Source of the DNA: Veleropilina oligotropha
Lineage: Eukaryota
Direction of reading: 5' to 3'
NCBI GenBank assembly: GCA_048128005.1
Contig: JBEUKZ010000101.1
Location: forward strand, 62,001 to 126,000
DNA: 64,000 nucleotides
The notes beneath the pieces are model-generated. The model saw only the letters and a program-made list of their open reading frames with translations, did no database searches and had not been told where the DNA came from. The position numbers were made by a program, and so were the translations under genes. Below are positions 1-9,933 of the stretch, piece by piece. Each line of letters starts with the position of its first letter. The first letter of the stretch is position 1.

Positions 1-186
1 GCTACTGTTGAAAGATCCTTCAGTGACATGAAACAAATAAAGACCCGTCTCAGGAACCGCATATCACCAGATACCTTGTCCAAGTTAATGCTGATTGCCA
101 TTGAAGGTCCTCCTTCCAATGAAGTTGACTACGAGTCGGTCATTGATATTTGGAAATCTAAGAGTACTCGTAGATTATTGGTGTGA
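1..186 (+). CDS. 3' end of a hAT-family transposase (hATC dimerisation domain, ZNF862-like); start lies outside the window
   Basis: Frame 1 from base 1 reads ATVERSFSDMKQIKTRLRNRISPDTLSKLMLIAIEGPPSNEVDYESVIDIWKSKSTRRLLV*. The ERSFS..K.IKT..RN motif is the hATC signature. Confidence 0.85.
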   Translation, partial: ATVERSFSDMKQIKTRLRNRISPDTLSKLMLIAIEGPPSNEVDYESVIDIWKSKSTRRLLV

Positions 187-704
187 AAGAAGACTTATTT
201 AAAGGAGTGAAACACAATATCACAGGTATTTAAATAAATTTATTTCTCAAATTACAAAAACAAAATCATTTGCCGACTCGGACCTGTGTAATAGAACATC
301 TCATCTGTCTTGTTTTATCATTTGACAGTAACTGTTGCTAAAGATTTATAATTAAGGATGTAGGACTACAATTAGGTGTGGACACAATTGTAGTTGACAG
401 TTTGTCGAGTTTACAGTTTTCATGCTATATGTATGTACAATGTGAACATGTACTCATATTTTATCAATCATGATAATACCGGCATTACAAGTTAAGGATG
501 CACAATTAGGTGTGGATAATTGCCGAAAGTTGCTCTAGTTTACAGTTTTAATGATATATTTATGTACAATGTGCAATAATCATAATTTCATGCATTTTAG
601 GAAAATTATTGGGTTAAACTAATGGGGGGGATATCCCCCCCAAGTATTTTCAATGAGGGGGTCCAAACCCCCCCCCCCCCGGTCCCCCCCTGGATGAAAC
701 CCTG
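1..704 (+). mobile_element. Right part of a hAT DNA transposon, ending in a CAGGG-type TIR
   Basis: The transposase tail is followed by a G/C-run subterminal region (623-700) ending ...tggatgaaaccctg at 704 (reverse complement CAGGGTTTCATCCAGGG). The left end and TSD cannot be checked in this window. Confidence 0.7.
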
Positions 705-903
705 ACTTTTAGCAATCTTCAGCTGTATTGTAGTCTGGACACCCGGTTTAAGGTCTCTCTCCGATCTGACCGACGTACATTAGGGATACCGGTAATATGA
801 CTTCTATTATTTTAATTAAACGGACCGCCGCTGGTTTCGAACCTGGGACCAGCTAACAGCTTCGGTTGAGAGTCTGACGTGCTAACCACTCACCCACTGA
901 TGC
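705..903 (-). mobile_element. tRNA-derived SINE, interrupted by the hAT element
   Basis: The minus strand shows an A-box-like GTGGGTGAGTGGTTAG and a B-box GGTTCGAAACC. The body (acttttagcaat...ccggtttaaggtctc...ctgaccgac.tacattaggga) recurs at about 62175-62251. Confidence 0.65.
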
Positions 904-2538
904 TGCTTATTGGGAAAGCAATTGCTGAACAGATACCTCAAGGTAAAGGTGATGCATATATCCCAAGCGCTATTCCAGCTGCATTCGAAGATGGGTACCG
1001 GTACCGGTAATAGATGTTTAAAAACTGCATAAGAAGACTTCTTGGTGATATTGCAAGGATTTGATCATTTGTACTATGCATCATCCACATCTCGCATGTG
1101 TATTAAATTACAACTCATTGACAAAGCTGATACATGTGTACCACATGTTTTCATTTATGAAACGTCATTTAGTTCGAAGATGATTTCAAGCTAAAACGTT
1201 TAACGTCGTTAAATTGCTGTCCGATCGAAGCTCGTACAGCTTACAATTACACATATATGATTGAGTGGGGATCGGCTCAGCACTTTATTCTGTTAACGAT
1301 CTCAGTTTTCCATTTTTCGATGCTGGTGCATTTTCCTATTTGACCGAACTTCCATCTTTCAATAATATGGACTACTCCTATAACATAAGAGGTCTCGCTC
1401 CGTCATCGACCTCTTATCTCCGAAGGCCACTTTATGACGAGCGCGTTCCGCCCGGAATTTCGGCGGAACGTTTAACGCGCAAATTACTCATTAAAATTAC
1501 AATAAAATACAATGAAAATGTCTAGTCATGATAAATGTGCATTTATCTATACATACCTCATAATTTTAGGCAACATTATTGTCAAAATTCATGATTAAGA
1601 TGAATGTGTAGCTGTCAAATTTTAAAACTTCAATTTCATTGATGCGAACGCCATCTGGTGGCCAAAAAATATCACCTCGAAAAATACGGAACGGGACGAA
1701 ATGTGAAATGCGAATATTTACGATATTCTTTGGAGGGTGGGATGGTATTGCATGTGCGTGACCGTTGTGACGCTATGCAGTTTTGCCTGCATGTAAGACG
1801 ACAATAGGGACGTAATTTACTATACATTATTCTTTATACCGTTAATAAAATACAAAGCACTGAGAATATTAGTTTTATGTCATTAATAAATGTTAAAATT
1901 GTATTACATGTAGCATTAATAGGTTCATGTTCCTTATCATAATTATAATAGTTAATTCTACAGAATCGGTAAGTGGAAATCAGAAATCAAAGCCAGCAAT
2001 ATGGCTGTGGTAAAATATTGGATTTAAGTGAAAATAATCATGCAAGAACCCACAGCTTCTTCGTGTTATACAGGGGCATGCCCGTATTATTGTCAGTATA
2101 TATCCCCGATCTATCTCTGATAACTTGCATTGCCTTCGACTGGGTTTGAACACACGCCTGCAAAAGTCCAATCCACTCAACCACAGTGAATATTAATACT
2201 GTACATGCATAATTAATTAGTACCAGTATATACACCATTTATATTCATTGACCTTATCTTAATCAATTATAAGCGTATACTATTATTATGTAGGCGTATA
2301 TGGTATACCACCTCCGTGATTGCATTTGCTGTTATGTTCGACAGTATGGATTTGAATTCATTTACGACGTTTCATTAAAACAGAATCGTAAACTGCGAAA
2401 GGGGGTTGTTTCATCGGGTAACGCATAAATTTCTCACTATAATATGGACATGTCTCGATTTGATCAAAGATGTTGCAAATATAAGTAGACCTGCATAATA
2501 ATTAACACGAAACATACACAAGATCAACATAGCATCAA

Positions 2539-3466
2539 TTAAATGTTCAAGTCATCGGTTGGTCCGTCGTTCATTTCCATAAATTTGTTCAATGTGAATT
2601 TGATTCGCATATTGCATGGGCATTTCGTTATACATACACTACAACAAATACAAGAAGGGCATTGACATCGTTCATCATCACATCCTTTGCATACTGTCGT
2701 GTCATTATTTGAAATTGACTGTTCAATGTCGAAGTTTTGCAAAACGAACTTGCGTAAGCAAGCATTTTCCACATTTCTTGCTATTTCGGCCATTTTCTCG
2801 TCAGTGTTTTTTTGTGAGATCGTGATATTGTCATACAACACATATGAATATCCTGGTCGACCATCTCTAGCACAACGGCCAGCCTCCTGCCAATATGATA
2901 TTACAGTCTTTGGGCAGCCAATATGAATGATTAAGTCCACGTCGTTGATCTGAATACCCATCCCCAGCGCTACTGTTGCGATTAAGCAGCGTAAATTTCC
3001 GTCTGGATCCTTGAAGTTTTTTAGTATTCTCTTTTTTGAATGCTCATGCGTACAACTGTGGAACATTTCAACAATTAAGTGGTCGGCATCTTTAATCCCC
3101 TCTACATATGCATTCAAACCTAAAACATGCTTCAAATGCACGAACACTTCCGATACCTTGTCTATGCTTCTGCAATAAACAATTGTCTTCTTTGAAGACA
3201 CGCCATTTTTCATAATATGATCACTTAAGCATTCAAGCTTGTCGGATAGATCAGATGAGACAGATTTAACAAAATCAATAAATATGTTTTCTCTGTCTGG
3301 AAGTTTAAATACAATATCCGCATCTTGGATATGCAAATACTGCATGATGTCGCTCTTTACGCTTAGTGTGGAAGTAGCCGTGAGCGCCATAACGGGTGTT
3401 TTGAAGATACTCCTGAGCTCATGCAGCTGCTGGAAGTCTCTTCTGAAGTTTTCTCCCCATTCCGAA
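2539..3466 (-). pseudogene. 5'-truncated RecQ-like SF2 helicase with Cys-rich C-terminus
   Basis: ORF 2539..3549 has ISEWGENFR (aromatic loop after motif II), MALTAT (III), TIVYCRS (IV), ATVALGMGI (V), YWQEAGRCARDG (VI), and CLRK...CKGC...CQCPSCICCSVCITKCPC. Motifs I and II are missing because the ORF runs into the 587-bp tandem array upstream of 3466. Confidence 0.85.
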
Positions 3467-5050
3467 ATGCCGTTTTGGGAGTACTGTACATAATATATGA
3501 TGTTTATCGTCTCGAAACAAGGATCAGTTCCTGTCAAAATACGTCGCATGGATCACGGCAGTACATCGTTGATACTTATCACCGTTCAATGCGTCTCGTG
3601 GAACAAACATGAATGATACCATCGACAATCAATGAGTGTCAGTGGCCGTCTAATGGATCGAATAAGAATGCTGCACATCGGCGTCCAATGTGGATCGTAC
3701 ATGATGCCCTCTTGGAGTGTATCCCGACTCTTCATAATGTGAATCATGAATGGTATATAGGTTTCTACTTTACCGCATCACCGACGAGTCTTATAATTAT
3801 AACAGGTAGGCCTATGTGTCCATTCATTTTATTCATGATAAAAAGAAGCCGGCCTGTTACAGAGAGTATGGATGCTGCGGATATAAATTTCGTATGGATG
3901 TTTAGCGTTGTCGCTTGTGAAAGCCTATTGTGTAGTTTGCGAATATTTAGCAATTCCCTGTGAAAATTGTGTATAACAGCTGCACTTGGAAGCCATGTAC
4001 ATATTCTTGGATGATTGCTTCTATGCTCTTTGAAGTCTTGCGATTTTTATACAATGCCGTTTTGGGAGTACTGTACATAATATATGATGTTTATCGTCTC
4101 GAAACAAGGATCAGTTCCTGTCAAAATACGTCGCATGGATCACGGCAGTACATCGTTGATACTTATCACCGTTCAATGCGTCTCGTGGAACAAACATGAA
4201 TGATACCATCGACAATCAATGAGTGTCAGTGGCCGTCTAATGGATCGAATAAGAATGCTGCACATCGGCGTCCAATGTGGATCGTACATGATGCCCTCTT
4301 GGAGTGTATCCCGACTCTTCATAATGTGAATCATGAATGGTATATAGGTTTCTACTTTACCGCATCACCGACGAGTCTTATAATTATAACAGGTAGGCCT
4401 ATGTGTCCATTCATTTTATTCATGATAAAAAGAAGCCGGCCTGTTACAGAGAGTATGGATGCTGCGGATATAAATTTCGTATGGATGTTTAGCGTTGTCG
4501 CTTGTGAAAGCCTATTGTGTAGTTTGCGAATATTTAGCAATTCCCTGTGAAAATTGTGTATAACAGCTGCACTTGGAAGCCATGTACATATTCTTGGATG
4601 ATTGCTTCTATGCTCTTTGAAGTCTTGCGATTTTTATACAATGCCGTTTTGGGAGTACTGTACATAATATATGATGTTTATCGTCTCGAAACAAGGATCA
4701 GTTCCTGTCAAAATACGTCGCATGGATCACGGCAGTACATCGTTGATACTTATCACCGTTCAATGCGTCTCGTGGAACAAACATGAATGATACCATCGAC
4801 AATCAATGAGTGTCAGTGGCCGTCTAATGGATCGAATAAGAATGCTGCACATCGGCGTCCAATGTGGATCGTACATGATGCCCTCTTGGAGTGTATCCCG
4901 ACTCTTCATAATGTGAATCATGAATGACATATAGGTTTCTACTTCACCGCATCACCGACGGGTCTTATAATTATAACAGGTAGGCCTATATATGTGTCCT
5001 TACATTTTATTCATGATAAAAAGAATCCAGCCTGTTAAAGATAGTATCAA
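3466..5050. repeat. 587-bp tandem repeat, about 2.7 copies
   Basis: Units start aatgccgttttggg at 3466, 4053 and 4640, and identical ORF translations recur 587 bp apart. The last ~120 bp of the third copy are diverged. Confidence 0.95.
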
Positions 5051-5179
5051 TTATATGTGATTACTTTTACCAGTAATCAATGCAATCAGAGATTGCAACC
5101 CCCCGCAAATCAAATTCAACAGTGTTTTCATAGACATTGTAAACGTGCACGTTTCTTCAGTGCAACAGCGAAATCAGTT

Positions 5180-5445
5180 CATGTTGAACTCTGGTGCAAT
5201 TCGCACATATTTGTTTACATCTTAGTAGCCTTGACCCTTAATAAACAATCACGAAATTCGATGAGATCCTAAACACAGTTACATTATCCTACATTGTATA
5301 AACGTTTCAAGTCGACCGGAGCAATAGTTTTCCGAGTTATGCGGTAGGACGGACGGACGGACAGACAGACACACGCACGCACACGGAGATAGAGGGACCC
5401 ATATCCAATACCATCGCCCTATCATTGGGTGGAAGGTAACAAATC
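5180..5445 (-). mobile_element. Short Helentron/DINE-like non-autonomous element fragment
   Basis: Contains a (GGAC)n(AGAC)n microsatellite, ccttgacc and ttccgagttat motifs, and a terminal region ending in taacaaa, as in the other HINE-like elements of the window. Confidence 0.4.
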
Positions 5446-6689
5446 ATGATGTGCGTGCGCGCGGGGGGGGGGGGGGGGCGGCGCCTATTGCTGTATGCAA
5501 TCATATATGAGTGACAACGTTTGATAGTTAATATTAAATAAACTTATACTTATATGATATATTTATATTGTGTTTTTCCCTTTATGTGAACATAGCCCTA
5601 ATAATGCGACTATTACTACGTAGGCCTAGTATGTATGCTTTGCATAGGCCTAACATTTTATCACGCCACTACTCCAAAGAAATTAATGTACAAATTGTTA
5701 TTTCGCTGATTAATTCCGTGAATTCATGTTTTCTATGTACCCTCATAGCGTAACACTTCCGGTTTATATTTCTCAAACGAAGAGATGTAGAGTTTCTGTT
5801 TCAAAGCCGGTTATTTCCATCAAATAAGCGAAAGTTTTGCCAGATGCTATATGTACGTGTTCCTTTTCTTATATAAGAGTAAATGGTAAGAATTTAAGCA
5901 TCATTGTATACGATAGTTATTCAAATTGTACAGATTTAGCGATTCGAGTTTGCTGCGGCGAGGATTTTCGGTTAGGATGTTAGAGGTTAGTACACTGTAG
6001 TAACCTCTAACGTTGTTGGAGTATAATATGGACATGTCCTGGTATGATTACGAAAGGTGCTAAAATAAGACATAGATCCAATACATGTGGTCGAATATAT
6101 GTCTTTTCAGTGCTGCTTTATGTGTTTTTGGTATTAAATCACAAGTGACGAAACGTTGTTCGTTATTAAGCATTGATCCAAATTCATCACATGACTTGAA
6201 AACATAGTTATCAACCGTATCATCTCGCTTATTGCTGGTCACTTGTAGAAAAATTGTCTTGGATATATAAATATAGAAATGAGCAAATGTATGTATGACA
6301 GTTGAATTTCAATGATGCCTGGTATCCTTTCCATCTGCTAATATTGCCGATCCAGTCTTCACCAGATAATGAACAGCCAAATTTCAAATATAAGATTTAT
6401 CTTTTCCTAATCTGAAATTTCTCCCATGTCTGTTCACCAAGAAAGGAATAACTCTGGATACATTCACATATGCTGTATAATATTTCTTGAGAATTGATTT
6501 TCTTTGACTGAAGATTCATCTAACAACAATATAGCTAAGCACTGGCCTCAACAATTTGTGTATTGTTGTAAGATAGTGTCATTCAAGAAACAGTTGCATG
6601 ATAAGATTCAGAAATGTATATTATTACACGGGTGAGTAATGAGTATATACACTTCACATTGTTGATGGGTACTGTGTATATGTAGTTAC

Positions 6690-6905
6690 AAACATACTTA
6701 CGTCCTTACTCTTGCCATAATAGTAATATTATTGCTAACCGGAAACAGTGAATAAGTCACATTATGCACTATTAATAAGTCAAAGACGCAAAAACGTACC
6801 ACGGTTACCTCCCCTGCTCCCCCTCCCCCACGTTCCCCCGCGAGATCTCGCCAAGTCTCGCGAGACTTCTGAACCATAGAAGTCACATGACATCAATTCA
6901 AAGTT
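6690..6905. repeat. DIRS left ITR
   Basis: Reverse complement of 13904-14119; the ORF track gives the same 62-aa translation on opposite strands. Confidence 0.95.
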
Positions 6906-7683
6906 TTCCGCTGCCGCGGAAAGACGTTGTTTTGCTCCGCAAATATTTCGAAATAGGCGCCCGATTTCACGTTAAATCTGGGCGCAGTATTCTACTTATA
7001 TCGATTATAAGTAGTGGAATATAACCCTGTGTTGTGGATACAAGACACAAGTGAATATAAGAAGAGTGATTCTCAAAACTTCGAGGAGTTCTGGACATCA
7101 AGTGAAACCGACATCGTCGTCAAGGACGCCGTGGCTGTTAAAAATGGCCGCTTAGAGGGAAAGTTTCGAGTGTAGCTGAAATTTCTGGTCGGTATATTTA
7201 ACTGATATTGTTTGAGACTGCAAACAGGTAACTCATTATATTGGATAATTCCTTAACAACGCTATTTGCTGGTTATTTATTATTATATAAAAAATTTCTA
7301 GCGTTGTTAAAAGGCAGGATCTTTTGATATCACGCTTGCGTTTTTTCTGATATCCTGCCGTTGCTGGGATAATACGCCATTGTACTAACATAAAAACATC
7401 CACGAGGTTTTCAGGTGTTTTCTGGGCGGTTTTTTCGAGGAAAGAACCACCGTTTGTTTTAGTCAATTTGCCGGGTTACCGGGTCGGTCAGGTAAAATAC
7501 CCGACCTCGGTGTTCCCAGTTCGGGGTTTTATAACGGTATATCGCTTGATCTTTGATCTTCAGATCAGGACAATTCTGTGAGTTGTCGTAGTACTCCCTC
7601 CATAGGAAAGAAGTCACAACTACCATATATATACCTATTTACCTACCCCGTCTACCCATGTCCACCCTCCCGTGTATTTAGCT

Positions 7684-9933
7684 ATGGTCCGGTGCAGTAG
7701 CTCCGGGTGTAACCAGAAAATTCACGGATTTGATAGGCACAAGGAATGTCGTATTCACCGTAGCTGTAGTATACAACATCAATGTGATCTGTGCTTTCTT
7801 CTATCAGATAAGCAGTGGGCAGTCCTGTCTCACCAGGGTAAGTCGACCAGGGCGGCTGCCACGGTGGGTCCTCCCCCGGAGAAGGGTCAGGAAGAGACCG
7901 GTAAGTTACATAATGTTTCTTCATTGTCTGCTTCAGGGACGCTGGACGACAGCCGACACAAGGGGACGTCTGTCGCCGGATCCACCGGCGAAACCTCCGC
8001 GACTCTTCGGGGAGTCACCGAAACCTTGCCGGTACCCCAGATTCAGGTAAAGACCCGAGTGTCGACCGTTCCTCCTCAACTGGGCCTAGTAACTGCAGTC
8101 AGCCATACCTTGCCGGCTAGCAAGGTATACATGACAGCGCAGCGAACAGCTGAACAGGGCAGACCATCCCCATCCTTTTCTTCGGCCTCGAAGAATAAGG
8201 GGACAGTTAGTCCTTCTGCGGGAAACTCTCCGTCTAGCGACGGGGACAGACCCAATGCAGAGAAAGCCTTTAAAGAGGCCGGGCACCTACTTGTAGGTCT
8301 AAGACTCGGACAATCGGCGAAACCTGAATCCTCGGTCGAGAACGATGCGACTACCCCTAAGGGTTTTCCGCTCAACCTCGAAGCTCACGAGACATTCAGA
8401 GGGCCCGGTCTCTCCCGTGCACCCACCGTGGTCACGCTAGAGAACGTGGACAGACCGGCTGCGTTCGGGACGGGGTTCTACGGCGGTTTTCCGTCCGTGC
8501 CTCGCTCGAACAGAGTGGTAGACCGATCAGAACTGTTGCCGCAGTCCTATCGGTCGTCCGGCCCACTGACTGCGCCTTCGGGCCAGTCCTTCGGGTTCGA
8601 CCCCTCGACAAGTGCCCGTGGACCCTGGTCCTCGGTACCACCTGTCCGTGCAGCCCGTCTACCTAGCGCCACGGTTACCTCGACAGAACTACCGGCTGTT
8701 AGTTCGTCGCCCGTCCTGCCTTCGGGTTTCTCTTTTGAGAACGTCCAGGCATGGATCGCGGCGGGGATCGAGGAACGGTGTAAGGCCTGGCCGACGGCTC
8801 CCGAGCCGCACCAGGTACCTACACATCTGCCCATGGCGCAGAGCACGGCTCCTGCCTCAGTGATAGACATCGACCCTCGTTCCGACGAGGACCTCGGTTC
8901 CAATCACACCGACCTCCCTGAATCGGTCGGGCCCGAAGACATTAGTCTTACAGGCACGCAGGAGCCGACCTCCTCCACCCGCCGAAGGCTCGACGCCGTT
9001 GCGTCACTTCGCGGGGTGCTTGGCTTGTCGGAACCGACTCGGTCGGCTGTAGACGTAGCCAAGCATAGGACGGCAGCACATCGGTTTGTTAGTAGGGAAG
9101 CCCCCGAGCTCCCCTCCTTACCTCAGTCCGGGCTGGTAGATCTGGTTGTAGACTCGATCACCAAGCTCGTTCAGGGGCGCAATCCGGTGGAGTCCTCCCC
9201 GCTGAACGAGTTCCCTTCGGGGTTCCGTAGTGGGAGGTACCTCCGGGCCAGTACTCGAGCGATCCCGTTCGAATGCACTGGTCCGTGCCTGGCGACTGAG
9301 GCGGCTCGTGTTGACGCTTCATTGCGTCGACTGACCGCCAGTCACACTCCCTCCGTAGCGAAAGTTCCTTGGTCCGCCTTGGAAGCTTTCGAGAGCGCCG
9401 CCCGACGGGCTCTACGGCTATCGTCTGTTCAGGACTTTTTCTTGGACGGCGCGATAGCCGTACTACAGGAGAATGGACCCGGCGCCCCCGAGGCTGCCCT
9501 GTCCTTCCTCCAGGAGGTTGCTGCCGCGCAGGAGACCAGCGCGTTGGAGACGGGACGTGTCCTGGGCAATGCCCTCCTACTTCGTAGGGATGCTTGCCTG
9601 GAAGGTACCCCGCTGGACGAGCCCACCCGGCGCTCGTTGCGATGCGTACCTTGCTCGGCCACCACTCTCTTTGGTGACAACTTTTCGGAGTTCGTTGACA
9701 AGAGAGCGGCGGACATGAAGGACCGTGCCATCGAGAAGGCAGTACTGCTCCCCATCCGGGGTCCACCTGCCAACTCGAAGAAGCGCTCCGGGCCCACCCC
9801 GGCCCCGAAGCCTTCTAAGCGTGCGAAGCCCTCTTCGGGTGGTAGGCCTCCGGCCAATAAACCCACTCCAAAGAGGCAAGCACCTCCAGCGAAATCCCGC
9901 AAGCAGAGCGGGAGAGGGAAGCCTCGGCCCTAG
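7684..9933 (+). CDS. DIRS ORF1, gag-like protein with N-terminal Cys/His cluster
   Basis: About 750 aa open frame, first ATG at 7684. N-terminus RCSSSGC...H..C..H..C.....CDLC, Ser/Pro-rich middle, helical C-terminal region and basic tail; located upstream of the RT ORF. Confidence 0.85.
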   Translation: MVRCSSSGCNQKIHGFDRHKECRIHRSCSIQHQCDLCFLLSDKQWAVLSHQGKSTRAAATVGPPPEKGQEETGKLHNVSSLSASGTLDDSRHKGTSVAGSTGETSATLRGVTETLPVPQIQVKTRVSTVPPQLGLVTAVSHTLPASKVYMTAQRTAEQGRPSPSFSSASKNKGTVSPSAGNSPSSDGDRPNAEKAFKEAGHLLVGLRLGQSAKPESSVENDATTPKGFPLNLEAHETFRGPGLSRAPTVVTLENVDRPAAFGTGFYGGFPSVPRSNRVVDRSELLPQSYRSSGPLTAPSGQSFGFDPSTSARGPWSSVPPVRAARLPSATVTSTELPAVSSSPVLPSGFSFENVQAWIAAGIEERCKAWPTAPEPHQVPTHLPMAQSTAPASVIDIDPRSDEDLGSNHTDLPESVGPEDISLTGTQEPTSSTRRRLDAVASLRGVLGLSEPTRSAVDVAKHRTAAHRFVSREAPELPSLPQSGLVDLVVDSITKLVQGRNPVESSPLNEFPSGFRSGRYLRASTRAIPFECTGPCLATEAARVDASLRRLTASHTPSVAKVPWSALEAFESAARRALRLSSVQDFFLDGAIAVLQENGPGAPEAALSFLQEVAAAQETSALETGRVLGNALLLRRDACLEGTPLDEPTRRSLRCVPCSATTLFGDNFSEFVDKRAADMKDRAIEKAVLLPIRGPPANSKKRSGPTPAPKPSKRAKPSSGGRPPANKPTPKRQAPPAKSRKQSGRGKPRP

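Larger units (their letters stand above)
1373..6023 (-). mobile_element. AcademH-type DNA transposon (RecQ-like helicase lineage), internally rearranged and non-autonomous
   Basis: Termini TACTCC...GGAGTA form imperfect TIRs, with a perfect 10-bp direct repeat TAATATGGAC at 1363-1372 and 6024-6033. The element contains a RecQ-like helicase ORF. A 9-10 bp TSD plus a RecQ-like helicase is characteristic of AcademH. No transposase ORF is visible. Confidence 0.8.

Noticed and set aside
820..903. Genuine tRNA gene (also considered for the SINE heads at 35667, 39161 and about 47375-47435)
   Set aside because: A/B boxes are present, but there is no full cloverleaf, and the heads continue into repeat bodies, with TSDs at 35667 and 39161.
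2539..3549. Host RecQ/BLM/WRN gene or bacterial recQ acquired by horizontal transfer
   Set aside because: It is truncated and enclosed by TIRs with a 10-bp TSD, so it is better explained as AcademH cargo.
6562..6674. 113-bp target-site duplication made by DIRS
   Set aside because: The duplicated unit starts 5' of the crossover (tgtgtAT precedes the element), so it is a tandem duplication containing the site rather than a TSD.
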